Shown here piece after piece: positions 52,301 to 60,543 of a stretch of 64,000 nt of DNA (position 1 is the stretch's first letter; the number at the start of each line of letters is the position of its first letter). Position numbers and translations under genes: made by a program. Where the stretch lies: contig JAFWKK010000014.1 of assembly GCA_017514235.1 (NCBI GenBank), positions 19,061-83,060 of the forward strand, written 5' to 3'. The DNA comes from Kiritimatiellia bacterium (GTDB lineage: Bacteria > Verrucomicrobiota > Kiritimatiellia > RFP12 > UBA1067). The notes beneath the pieces are model-generated. The model searched no databases and was not told where the DNA came from. It saw only the letters and a program-made list of their open reading frames with translations.

Positions 52301-54772
52301 CTAGCCGATAGCCACGACGCGGCATCCTTGCGAAAGCGCATCTTCCGCCTCTGGCGAATCAGATTCCACGACCACGACGGGTGGGACGCTGTCCTGCGAA
52401 TCTTTTTCAGCCGCAGCGGACTGCGACCCTCCCGCATTCGGTCGCAACATGCGTGTCCTTCCCGCGTTGAACACCTCAAAACCGCAGTACAGCTTCGACA
52501 TGGCATCTTTGAGCGACGGCGAAACGGCGATTCCGCGCCCGTCTCTCCGTTCGCGGCGCGGAAACACCCAGAAGTCCCATTCGTTCGAGACGCCGCCGAC
52601 TGACGCAGAGAGCGTAACCTTGACGGGCTTTTCTACGGACGGGAAGACTATCTTCTCCGAAGCGATCTTGCGTACAGGCCCGATGGCAATGTCGCCCACC
52701 TTGCATGAACCGGTGACATTCCCGATGCTCAAGCTCCATTCAAGCGCTGCGTCCCTCAGCGCCGCGTCGCCGTAATGGGCGAACAGGACGTTCGCATCCA
52801 GCGTCTCGCCAGACGTAAACACCCGCCGGTCGTCCGGCACGTCGAGAAGGATGCACGACGGGCCGTTGAACAACGCAAACTCCGCCGCCGCGAATCCGCC
52901 GCGCATCGGTTCCCAGAAAGGATTGAACAGCCCTTGTGCCGTGTAGGTGCCGCTCTGCTCCACTGCCACATCGGCTATAGTCCAGAAACAATAGCCGTCG
53001 CAGTACGGGTCGCACCGCGCCGACTCCACCCCGCTCTTCTGGCAATGCCGCTGAAGCGCGTGCTGTGCGTCCTGGAGCCGGTCGCCCCATTCCATGCCGA
53101 GGCCAAACTTCGCGAGCCAATCGGCGCGAGCCTTGCGCGTCACGGGCGGCATCCACGCGCCGGTGTATCCGAACTCGTCGCGCGAATCGGACTTGACGCA
53201 GAGATTCAGGTATTCGTGCGTCACGAACGGACGGTCGGGGTTCAAGCTCCCGCGCTCCCATACGTTTATCGGCCCTCCGAGGTAATCCGCCGCCTCGGGC
53301 GGATTGATCCACGCTTCATGGCAGTCCTGGTTGATCTTGAGCCTGTCGGGATCCATCGCCTTGACGTAGGCATGCATCTGCCGATCCAGCGCCGTTCCGA
53401 ACGATCCTTCATTTCCCATCGAATAGACTGCGAACGACGGATGGCGGCGGTAGTTGAGCCAAAGTTCAGTAACGTCGCGCTTGGGATCGAACGCAAAGTT
53501 CTCGGTCGGCGCATCGCTGTAGTACGGCAGCTCGGCCTGGATCAGAATCCCAAGTTCATCCGCGGCCTCGAAATACTCCGGCAGTTCGCAGTGGGTATGC
53601 AGACGCACGAAATTGAAGCCTGCTTCCCGCGCTTTTGCGAGATGCCCACGATGGAAGTCGCGGGCCGCAGGCGAAAGCCCTGTCAGCGGGTAGACCGCAT
53701 CGTCTCCGAACCCGCGCACAAAGAACGGCTTGCCGTTGAAATAAAACTCCTTTCCTCTCACCTCAAGCTTCCTCACGCCGAACCGTTCGCGCCTCGCATG
53801 GATGACCTTGTCGTTCTCGACCAGCTCCACGACACCGGTATAGAGATTAGGATGTTCAGGAGACCATGCGCGAAAGGCGGGGAGGGAAAGCTTGAGAGTC
53901 TGAGGGTTCGAAGGTTTGAGAGTTTGTTCCACAACGGTTCCGTCAACCGTAAAGCGAATCCGAACGGGAGAGGCGGGCGCCGCCCCGTCCAAGGCCGACA
54001 CGGAGGTCAGCCCTCCTATCGTCGCATGAACCTCGGCGGTCTTCTCGTCAAAGTCGCCGCGCACCCAGGCATCGTCTATGAACGTCTGAGGCGTAGCCTC
54101 AATCTCCACGTCGCGGTATATGCCGCCCCATTTGTGCACATTGCTCATCAAGCCCTTGCGCGACGGGCACACATTGTTCACCTGCGCGACAATCATGGCG
54201 TTCGAGCCAGGCGAAACAAGATCGGATATCTCGTATTTGCATGTGCCGCAGTAGTTGTCCACGAGCGCGACCTGCTTCCCGTTCACCCAGAACCATCCGC
54301 AAGACTTCACGCCGCCAACTTTCAACCAAATGCGCTTGCCCGCCCAATCGGCAGGAATGCCGACGGACTTGCGATACCAGCCGTCACCACGGTGCTTGTG
54401 GCGAATCGGCTTCTTGCTGTTGTCCCATGCCGCATCCCAGCATTCGGACATCCCCGGTTCGCCCACGCCCTGCGCTTCCCAGCATCCCGGCACGGATATC
54501 GCGCGCACCCCGGGCCAAACCGCTTCTTTGTAAAAATCATGCCATATGCCGTTGCGCCAAGGCACAGCCATGTTCTGCGAAGCAAACTCCCATTCGCCGC
54601 GCAGCGAAAGCACGCTCCCCTGTTCGTTTCCAGCTACCGGATTCACGACGGCCAAATGCTCCCTGCGCCCGCCCCAGACACAGGCCACCTCCGATTCCGG
54701 CAACTCCGCCGTCCACGCGCTCGCAGACGCAAACGCAACGGCCATCGCCAACTTGTACGCCACCTTGTTCAT
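52301..54772 (-). CDS. glycoside hydrolase family 2 protein (beta-galactosidase/glucuronidase/mannosidase-type)
   Basis: Signal peptide present. Sugar-binding domain (GDGWYRKSV...WLKVGGVKSCGWFWVNGKQV), WGGIYRDVEIEA, and TIM barrel (GFNFVRLHTHCELPEYFEAADELGILIQAELPYY). Confidence 0.85.
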   Translation of the reverse strand: MNKVAYKLAMAVAFASASAWTAELPESEVACVWGGRREHLAVVNPVAGNEQGSVLSLRGEWEFASQNMAVPWRNGIWHDFYKEAVWPGVRAISVPGCWEAQGVGEPGMSECWDAAWDNSKKPIRHKHRGDGWYRKSVGIPADWAGKRIWLKVGGVKSCGWFWVNGKQVALVDNYCGTCKYEISDLVSPGSNAMIVAQVNNVCPSRKGLMSNVHKWGGIYRDVEIEATPQTFIDDAWVRGDFDEKTAEVHATIGGLTSVSALDGAAPASPVRIRFTVDGTVVEQTLKPSNPQTLKLSLPAFRAWSPEHPNLYTGVVELVENDKVIHARRERFGVRKLEVRGKEFYFNGKPFFVRGFGDDAVYPLTGLSPAARDFHRGHLAKAREAGFNFVRLHTHCELPEYFEAADELGILIQAELPYYSDAPTENFAFDPKRDVTELWLNYRRHPSFAVYSMGNEGSFGTALDRQMHAYVKAMDPDRLKINQDCHEAWINPPEAADYLGGPINVWERGSLNPDRPFVTHEYLNLCVKSDSRDEFGYTGAWMPPVTRKARADWLAKFGLGMEWGDRLQDAQHALQRHCQKSGVESARCDPYCDGYCFWTIADVAVEQSGTYTAQGLFNPFWEPMRGGFAAAEFALFNGPSCILLDVPDDRRVFTSGETLDANVLFAHYGDAALRDAALEWSLSIGNVTGSCKVGDIAIGPVRKIASEKIVFPSVEKPVKVTLSASVGGVSNEWDFWVFPRRERRDGRGIAVSPSLKDAMSKLYCGFEVFNAGRTRMLRPNAGGSQSAAAEKDSQDSVPPVVVVESDSPEAEDALSQGCRVVAIG

Positions 54773-54785
54773 TTTCCTGGCGCAT

Positions 54786-54791
54786 ATTGTA
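54786..54791 (-). promoter_or_regulatory. -10 element TACAAT followed by ATGCGCC, for the GH2 gene
   Basis: The minus strand reads TTATACAATATGCGCCAGGAAAATG. Confidence 0.5.
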
Positions 54792-54814
54792 TAAAATCGC
54801 CGTCACCTTTCACA

Positions 54815-54830
54815 CCCTACGAATGTAGGG
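54815..54830. promoter_or_regulatory. palindromic operator candidate CCCTAC-GAAT-GTAGGG (copy B; extended arms CACCCTAC/GTAGGGTG)
   Basis: It lies 23 nt from the minus-strand -10 and 24 nt from the plus-strand -10, so it is centred between the divergent GH2 and kinase promoters. Confidence 0.55.
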
Positions 54831-54854
54831 TGGGTGCGTCGATTCAAGATATGC

Positions 54855-54860
54855 TATAAT
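54855..54860 (+). promoter_or_regulatory. extended -10 (TGCTATAAT) 8 nt upstream of ATG 54869 (leaderless kinase mRNA)
   Basis: The plus strand reads ATGCTATAATGAACTCCAATG. Confidence 0.55.
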
Positions 54861-54868
54861 GAACTCCA

Positions 54869-56983
54869 ATGAAGGTACGTCATGCCATCACCTTGTTGTC
54901 CCTCTTTGCCGCCTTGGCCGCCCGCAACATCCGTGCAACGGGAACAATCCGCAGCACAGACGGCATAAGGTCAATCAGCATGAGGGATGCCGTGTCACCG
55001 GGCGTTCCGTTCGACATAAAAGCATGGGTCGTCTATCCAGAAAAGATCGGTTGCGAAGAACACGACAGCATCTACATCAAGGACGATTCCGGCTCGGCAA
55101 CGCTGCTGAACCGCCTCACCCCGACAAACGCCACCATTTGCGCAGGAGATCTTGTCCGTGCAACCGGACGCGTCGTTCTGGACGGCAATGGCATCTGCAT
55201 CTACGCATACTGCCTTGAAATGACACGCCTTGCGCACAAAAAGCCGGAGCCGCCCATGAAGATGACGGTCGAAGAACTCCTTTCAGGACAGCATGACGGG
55301 CAGTTCGTCACCGTGCGCGGCGAGATACGCGATTCATTCCCTGACGACATCGACAACCGGTTCCTGTATTTCAGCCTGAAGGACGGCAAAAAGTCCATAT
55401 ACATGGCAACCCCCACAAACAGATGCGTCAAGACGGATCGCGACGGCATAATCGGCGACACAGTGGAGGCTACAGGCATTTGGGTGTTGGGGAAATACGG
55501 GGGAACGCGGCAGCACATCGGGCGGTTTCTCGCGCTGGTCGGAGCCGATTCCCTGCGGACTGTCAAAACCCACGGAGCCGACATCTTCAACGCCCCGGAG
55601 ATTGCGGACGTGAAGTCTCTCATGCCAAACGAACTGCCGCCCCTTGAACGCCGGCGCATCACCGGAACCGTGCTGGCGTCGTGGCATGATGACCAGGCGC
55701 TAGTCAGGACCGACGACGGAAGCATTGTCCGCATAGACACCTCATCCCCTCCAGTTCCTGAAGCCGGCCGCCGGATAGAGGCGGTGGGGTTCCCAGAAAC
55801 AGATCTCTACGCCGTAAACCTCAGCAACGTCAGGTGGCGTCCGACGCAAGGCGACCCGATTCCGCAGCTGCCTTCGGTACGTCTTCCTGAAGGATATGTC
55901 CGCACAGACGGCGCAACGCCCCAACAGGTACAGGCAGCCCTTCATGGACGCACAGTCGTCGTCACCGGGATAGTCCGCGGCCTTCCGCAGAGCGAAAGCG
56001 ACAGGCGGCTGATACTGGAATGCGAGGGGAACCTCCTGCCGATCGACTTCAGTTCCTGCCAGGACGCCTTTTCGGGACTCGCCATAGGAAGCACCGTTGA
56101 AGTGCGCGGCGTATGGGTGATGGTAGCGGACAATTGGCGGCCGAACTCCGTCTTTCCGAAAGTGAAGGGAGCTTTTGTTGTCGTGAATTCGCCGGACGAC
56201 CTTCGCGTGCTGGCACGTCCTTCGTGGTGGACTGCCGGACGTTCCCTGACTGTGATCGGGCTGCTGCTGGCAATGATGCTCGCCACACTTGCGTGGAACA
56301 GGTCGCTCAAGGCGATTGCGGAACGGCGCGGACGCGAACTGTTCGAGGAAAGGGTCGCGCATGTCGCATCCGACCTGCGCGTGGGCGAGCGAACGAGCCT
56401 CGCCGTGGAGCTGCACGACACGATCGCGCAGAACCTCACAGGCGTAGCGCTTGAGATAAACGCCGCCAACAAGCTCATCGGCTCCGACCTTTCAAGCGCG
56501 CACAGGCACCTCGACACCGCGGCAAAGACCCTCAGCTCGTGCAGGACGGAACTCAAGAACTGTCTCTTCGACCTGCGCGGCAACGCCCTCGGGCAGCGAG
56601 ACATGGATGCGGCCATCCGCCTTTCCGTCACGCCGGTGATCGGGGATGCGGAATTGGCCGTGCGCTTCAACGTGCCGCGAGAACTCATCACAGACGCCTC
56701 TGCCCACGCCATCATACGGATCGTCCGCGAACTCGCGTCTAACGCCGTCCGTCACGGCGGCGCACGCAAAGTCAAGGTAGCGGGGTCGGCCGATGCCGGA
56801 GTGCTCATGTTCTCGGTCACGGACGACGGCTGCGGTTTCGCCGTGGAGCAGGCGCCAGGCATTAACGAATGCCATTTCGGTCTTCAAGGCATCCGCGAGC
56901 GCGTGGCGCGCTTCCAAGGCGAGATGAAGATCGAATCAACGCCCGGCAAAGGCACACATGTAACCGTCGCCATAAAAGCATGA
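54869..56983 (+). CDS. sensor histidine kinase (HisKA_3/NarX-DesK type) with large extracytoplasmic N-terminal sensor region
   Basis: Signal peptide, then ~440 aa with repeated beta-rich modules (VTVRGEIRD-like segments), a TM segment (SLTVIGLLLAMMLATLAW), the H-box LAVELHDTIAQNLTG and an HATPase domain (DDGCGF...GLQGIRERV). Confidence 0.88.
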   Translation: MKVRHAITLLSLFAALAARNIRATGTIRSTDGIRSISMRDAVSPGVPFDIKAWVVYPEKIGCEEHDSIYIKDDSGSATLLNRLTPTNATICAGDLVRATGRVVLDGNGICIYAYCLEMTRLAHKKPEPPMKMTVEELLSGQHDGQFVTVRGEIRDSFPDDIDNRFLYFSLKDGKKSIYMATPTNRCVKTDRDGIIGDTVEATGIWVLGKYGGTRQHIGRFLALVGADSLRTVKTHGADIFNAPEIADVKSLMPNELPPLERRRITGTVLASWHDDQALVRTDDGSIVRIDTSSPPVPEAGRRIEAVGFPETDLYAVNLSNVRWRPTQGDPIPQLPSVRLPEGYVRTDGATPQQVQAALHGRTVVVTGIVRGLPQSESDRRLILECEGNLLPIDFSSCQDAFSGLAIGSTVEVRGVWVMVADNWRPNSVFPKVKGAFVVVNSPDDLRVLARPSWWTAGRSLTVIGLLLAMMLATLAWNRSLKAIAERRGRELFEERVAHVASDLRVGERTSLAVELHDTIAQNLTGVALEINAANKLIGSDLSSAHRHLDTAAKTLSSCRTELKNCLFDLRGNALGQRDMDAAIRLSVTPVIGDAELAVRFNVPRELITDASAHAIIRIVRELASNAVRHGGARKVKVAGSADAGVLMFSVTDDGCGFAVEQAPGINECHFGLQGIRERVARFQGEMKIESTPGKGTHVTVAIKA

Positions 56984-57603
56984 AACAGCCGATTCGCATC
57001 CTGATTGCCGATGACCACGCCGTCGTGCGGCGCGGACTTCGCTCCATACTCCAGATCGAGAAGGACTTCCAGATAGCAGGCGAGGCGGCGAGCGGCGCCG
57101 AAGCCGTGGAAATGGCAAGGCAACTCAAGCCGCAGGTCGTCATCATGGATCTCATCATGCCGGAGAAAAGCGGCAGCGAAGCGACCGCCGAGATCCTTAC
57201 CGAGCTTCCCGAGACGCGGATACTGCTGCTGACGACGTTCGGGACTGCAGATGACGTGACGAAAGCGCTTGAAGCCGGAGCGGTCGGGGCGCTGATGAAA
57301 ACATCGGACGAATCCGAGATAATCTCCTCGATACGTACAGTCGCCGCAGGCGGACGTGCCGTATCCGATGAAATCAAACGCCTCATCGAGGAAAACCCGC
57401 CGACCCCGGAGCTGACTCCTCGACAGCTCGAGATACTGAACTCATTGTCTCGCGGCTACTCAAACGCCGAAATCGCAGAAGTGTTCGGCATCAACGAATT
57501 CACCGTAAGGGAACATGTCGCAAACATCATGGCGAAGCTCGACGCGTCAAATCGAGCAGAAGCCGTTGCCATCGCGCTGCGCAGGAGCCTGTTGAAATTC
57601 TAA
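56980..57603 (+). CDS. NarL/FixJ (LuxR-type HTH) response regulator
   Basis: Receiver domain IRILIADDHAVVRRGL...VVIMDLIMP. LuxR HTH LTPRQLEILNSLSRGYSNAEIAEVFGINEFTVREHVANIMAKL. The start is ATG 56980, overlapping the kinase stop (ATGA). Confidence 0.92.
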   Translation: MKQPIRILIADDHAVVRRGLRSILQIEKDFQIAGEAASGAEAVEMARQLKPQVVIMDLIMPEKSGSEATAEILTELPETRILLLTTFGTADDVTKALEAGAVGALMKTSDESEIISSIRTVAAGGRAVSDEIKRLIEENPPTPELTPRQLEILNSLSRGYSNAEIAEVFGINEFTVREHVANIMAKLDASNRAEAVAIALRRSLLKF

Positions 57604-57623
57604 ACTGCCTCCGCATGCATTTG

Positions 57624-57646
57624 CAAACCGCCGCGAAGCGGGTTTG
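57624..57646. terminator. hairpin between convergent genes (CAAACCGC-N6-GCGGGTTTG, one bulge)
   Basis: Read directly from the sequence. It lacks a clear U-tract on either strand. Confidence 0.3.
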
Positions 57647-57655
57647 ACAATCGGC

Positions 57656-60538
57656 TTACCGGCGCAAGTTGACCGGTCCAAGAAGCCCGGAGAGCCTTAG
57701 GCCCGCCTTTGGGTTCAGGCACGGCGGCGTTCTTTCGCCCACCTGCCAAACCGTCCATGTCTTGCGCTTTTCGGAAGGCTGATTGAAGTCATAGGCAAGA
57801 CGATTGAACCAAGTGGACGTAACTTCGACCTTGATCTCGTTCTCGCCTTTCAATGCAAACGGCGCGATGTCGCATCTGTATGGCTCCGCCCAAAGCGCCG
57901 CAACATCACGTCCGTTCACAAATACGCGGGCAAAATCGCGAACATCGCCAAGGTCAAGTTGCAGCGCGCCTTCCGGCTTTGCCTCCAGGCTAACCATCGT
58001 CGTATATGTTGCCGTTCCGGAAAACGAACGCCCCTCCTCCGAGACGCCGGGCAGGTCTTTCCACGGCACAAGCCTGTCGATGGCGATAATTTCCGGCGCA
58101 CCCCAGCCCTTTGGGAAAGAGAGTTTCCAATTCGTCAACAGGATCGTGGCTGCGTTTTCCGCTTGCTGGCACATATGGCCATTGTCATTATCCATGCCAT
58201 CATCCTTGCCGAACTCCAGCAGCAGCGTCTCAAACGGCGAAAGGCTGAACTGGCGAACCCGTTCGCCATGCTGTGTGAGGAACGTCGCCTTGCCTGTGAA
58301 CCCCTTCTCGTCCGCAGCGACAAAGAAGCAGTCCGAATCGCCATCAGCGCGGCGGTACCAGAGCAGCGAAGAGTCCGAAACGACCTGCGGCTTCAGCCCA
58401 GCCACAGAGGCGCCCGCCGAGCCATAGACCACGCGACCGCCCTTGGCGGCAAGCGCATCAAGCCGCGCGCGGGTCTTCGGCAGGATCATCACCGAATCTG
58501 GCACCCAGACAACCGAGTAGGACATGCCGTCGGGCAGCACAAAGCGCCCGTTCTTCACGTCGAGGCGGTTGAAGAGCACGTCGGCGTTGAGATAGTCGTT
58601 CTTGAATCCTTCCGGGAAATGCTCCAGCTCGTCCGGCTTGTGGTCGAGTTCGTCGCCGAGGTAGCGAAGCGCATCGACAACAGGCAGTCCGCGCTCGAGG
58701 AACGCGCAGCATTTCTCCGTCCACTCGGTAAAGTAACGCAGGAACGGCCACCACGTCTGCCCGCGAATGAACGGCGTGCCGATGAACGTGCCAAAGCTCG
58801 TGCCTGGCACTCGTCCGTCGGTCTGCGGATTGTGCGTGCAGGTGTGAAAGACGAGATGCGTGACGCCGCGAGCGAAGTGGCGCACCGCCTGTTCCTTGAG
58901 AGCGCGGAAGTTCTCGTCCCACGTCAGGTTCATGCTGGTGAACGCCTCACAGTCCACGCGCCGCTTGCCGTATAGGTGCGCCGCCGAGACGCAGGGTCTG
59001 ACCGGCTTGAAGTTTGGGTGGCCGACAAAACCGACATCCGGGGTGTAAGGCTGCCAGAACTCGCACATCGGCGTATCGCAGAACTTCCAGTATTCGAGGA
59101 TGTCGCCCGGCACCACGTCGCCAAGTGCCGTCTCGTACGCCACGGTCAACCCCTTCGCATGGGCCAGTTCCGCCATACGCCCGTAGTAGTTCTTCGTTAC
59201 GAGGTCTGAAACCGTCCGCCTCCAGTCGATAAGCTTCTTTTCCGTTTCGGCAGGAGAACCGATCACCCAGCCGAAAACCGAGGGAAGAATCTCCTTCACG
59301 TCGTAGCCGTTCGCCTCGCGAAACCATTCCTCCATGCGCCACGTCCACGTCTGGCGCTCGCATTCCCAGCTGTCGACAATCATGCCCTTCAGCTTGCCGC
59401 CCCCGAGCGGCCCGTCCGCAAGCCGCCCGATGTATCCGGCGAAGTTCGCTTCTATGCCGTGCGGATCGAGCTTGTCGCACTCCCATCCCGTAGCCTCCTT
59501 CGGCGCAGGGGCGTTGACCTTCTTCATGTTGACGTGCCCGATGCGCAGAACGGTCCACCTCCCGTCAGCCAGCGCATCTCCTGGCTTCACCACGCGCACC
59601 GCGCCATGCGGTATGTACGCAGCGGCGGGCTGTCTGGGATACGGGCGCTTGAGCTGTCCGCGCAGGACATGCCCCGACAGTCCCTCCCAGTTGTCAAGGC
59701 GCGCCCCTGAATGGAACCACAGGAACGGCACCGCAATCTCATGCGGCGACACGAGCGAGAGCCGCCACGTCTTCGCCGTCGCCTCGCTGCACGCAAGTGA
59801 AAACGGAACGAGGTCCTGCCAGCACCCCTGCGGATAGCGGACGTCACAAACGGTCTGCCATCCGTTCGCGGTCTCCGCCTCGAAAAGAACGCGCGTATCT
59901 GGATTGTAGCACCAATCATGGTTAAGATGGCTCGGCGAAGGCAGTTCAAGCGTACGAATCGTCACCGGCTCCGCGAAATGGACGATGCGCACGTTGCCGT
60001 TCGTCTCGACAGCCGCGGGAATGCAAACGTCCTCATCCGCCGCGCTCCCCAACGGCGTCGGAAACGCAACGTAACAAACGTCATGCCAATCGCTGTCCAC
60101 ATCGCGGAACCCCGGCGGAACGGGAATCTCCGGCACGACGTCAGCGACGTCGCGCCTCGCATACGCCAGTTTCCGCATCGCGTTCGACGGCGCGATCCAA
60201 GGTCCGCCGCTCATCGACCAGCCTGGACAGTTCTGCATCTTGAACGTCATGCCGAGCCGGATGCACTCGTCTGCGGCATGCGTCACGAGATCGTCCCACT
60301 TCGCGCTCAAGCACGGAATCTGTTCGGCGACGCCATCCCACGCCTCAGCCTTTCCGTACTGGCCGTGGAAGAACTGGACGCCGCCGAATCCCGCATTCCT
60401 GAGCGCCTCCAGGTCTGCCGTCAGCCCCGCCTTCGACACATTGCCACCGATGACATGGAACCACGTCTCCGGCCGGAAATCCCCAGCTACCGCCACAACC
60501 GGCAACGCGGCAGCAAGCAATACCGCTTTCGTTTTCAT
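57656..60538 (-). CDS. large secreted glycoside hydrolase, GH106-like (alpha-L-rhamnosidase family) with C-terminal jelly-roll domain
   Basis: Signal peptide present. The opening ETWFHVIGGNVSKAGLTADLEALRNAGFGGVQFF and the C-terminal FSGTATYT...VFVNGRDVA...CDIAPFALKGENEIKVEVTSTWFNRL are typical of this family as I recall it. The family call is tentative. Confidence 0.6.
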   Translation of the reverse strand: MKTKAVLLAAALPVVAVAGDFRPETWFHVIGGNVSKAGLTADLEALRNAGFGGVQFFHGQYGKAEAWDGVAEQIPCLSAKWDDLVTHAADECIRLGMTFKMQNCPGWSMSGGPWIAPSNAMRKLAYARRDVADVVPEIPVPPGFRDVDSDWHDVCYVAFPTPLGSAADEDVCIPAAVETNGNVRIVHFAEPVTIRTLELPSPSHLNHDWCYNPDTRVLFEAETANGWQTVCDVRYPQGCWQDLVPFSLACSEATAKTWRLSLVSPHEIAVPFLWFHSGARLDNWEGLSGHVLRGQLKRPYPRQPAAAYIPHGAVRVVKPGDALADGRWTVLRIGHVNMKKVNAPAPKEATGWECDKLDPHGIEANFAGYIGRLADGPLGGGKLKGMIVDSWECERQTWTWRMEEWFREANGYDVKEILPSVFGWVIGSPAETEKKLIDWRRTVSDLVTKNYYGRMAELAHAKGLTVAYETALGDVVPGDILEYWKFCDTPMCEFWQPYTPDVGFVGHPNFKPVRPCVSAAHLYGKRRVDCEAFTSMNLTWDENFRALKEQAVRHFARGVTHLVFHTCTHNPQTDGRVPGTSFGTFIGTPFIRGQTWWPFLRYFTEWTEKCCAFLERGLPVVDALRYLGDELDHKPDELEHFPEGFKNDYLNADVLFNRLDVKNGRFVLPDGMSYSVVWVPDSVMILPKTRARLDALAAKGGRVVYGSAGASVAGLKPQVVSDSSLLWYRRADGDSDCFFVAADEKGFTGKATFLTQHGERVRQFSLSPFETLLLEFGKDDGMDNDNGHMCQQAENAATILLTNWKLSFPKGWGAPEIIAIDRLVPWKDLPGVSEEGRSFSGTATYTTMVSLEAKPEGALQLDLGDVRDFARVFVNGRDVAALWAEPYRCDIAPFALKGENEIKVEVTSTWFNRLAYDFNQPSEKRKTWTVWQVGERTPPCLNPKAGLRLSGLLGPVNLRR

Positions 60539-60543
60539 CGAGC

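Noticed and set aside
41507-54772. Both palindrome-controlled genes appear as exactly 823-aa ORFs in the track
   Set aside because: This is a coincidence of the ORF caller. The beta-helix gene almost certainly starts at 43879 (790 aa), and the two proteins are unrelated.
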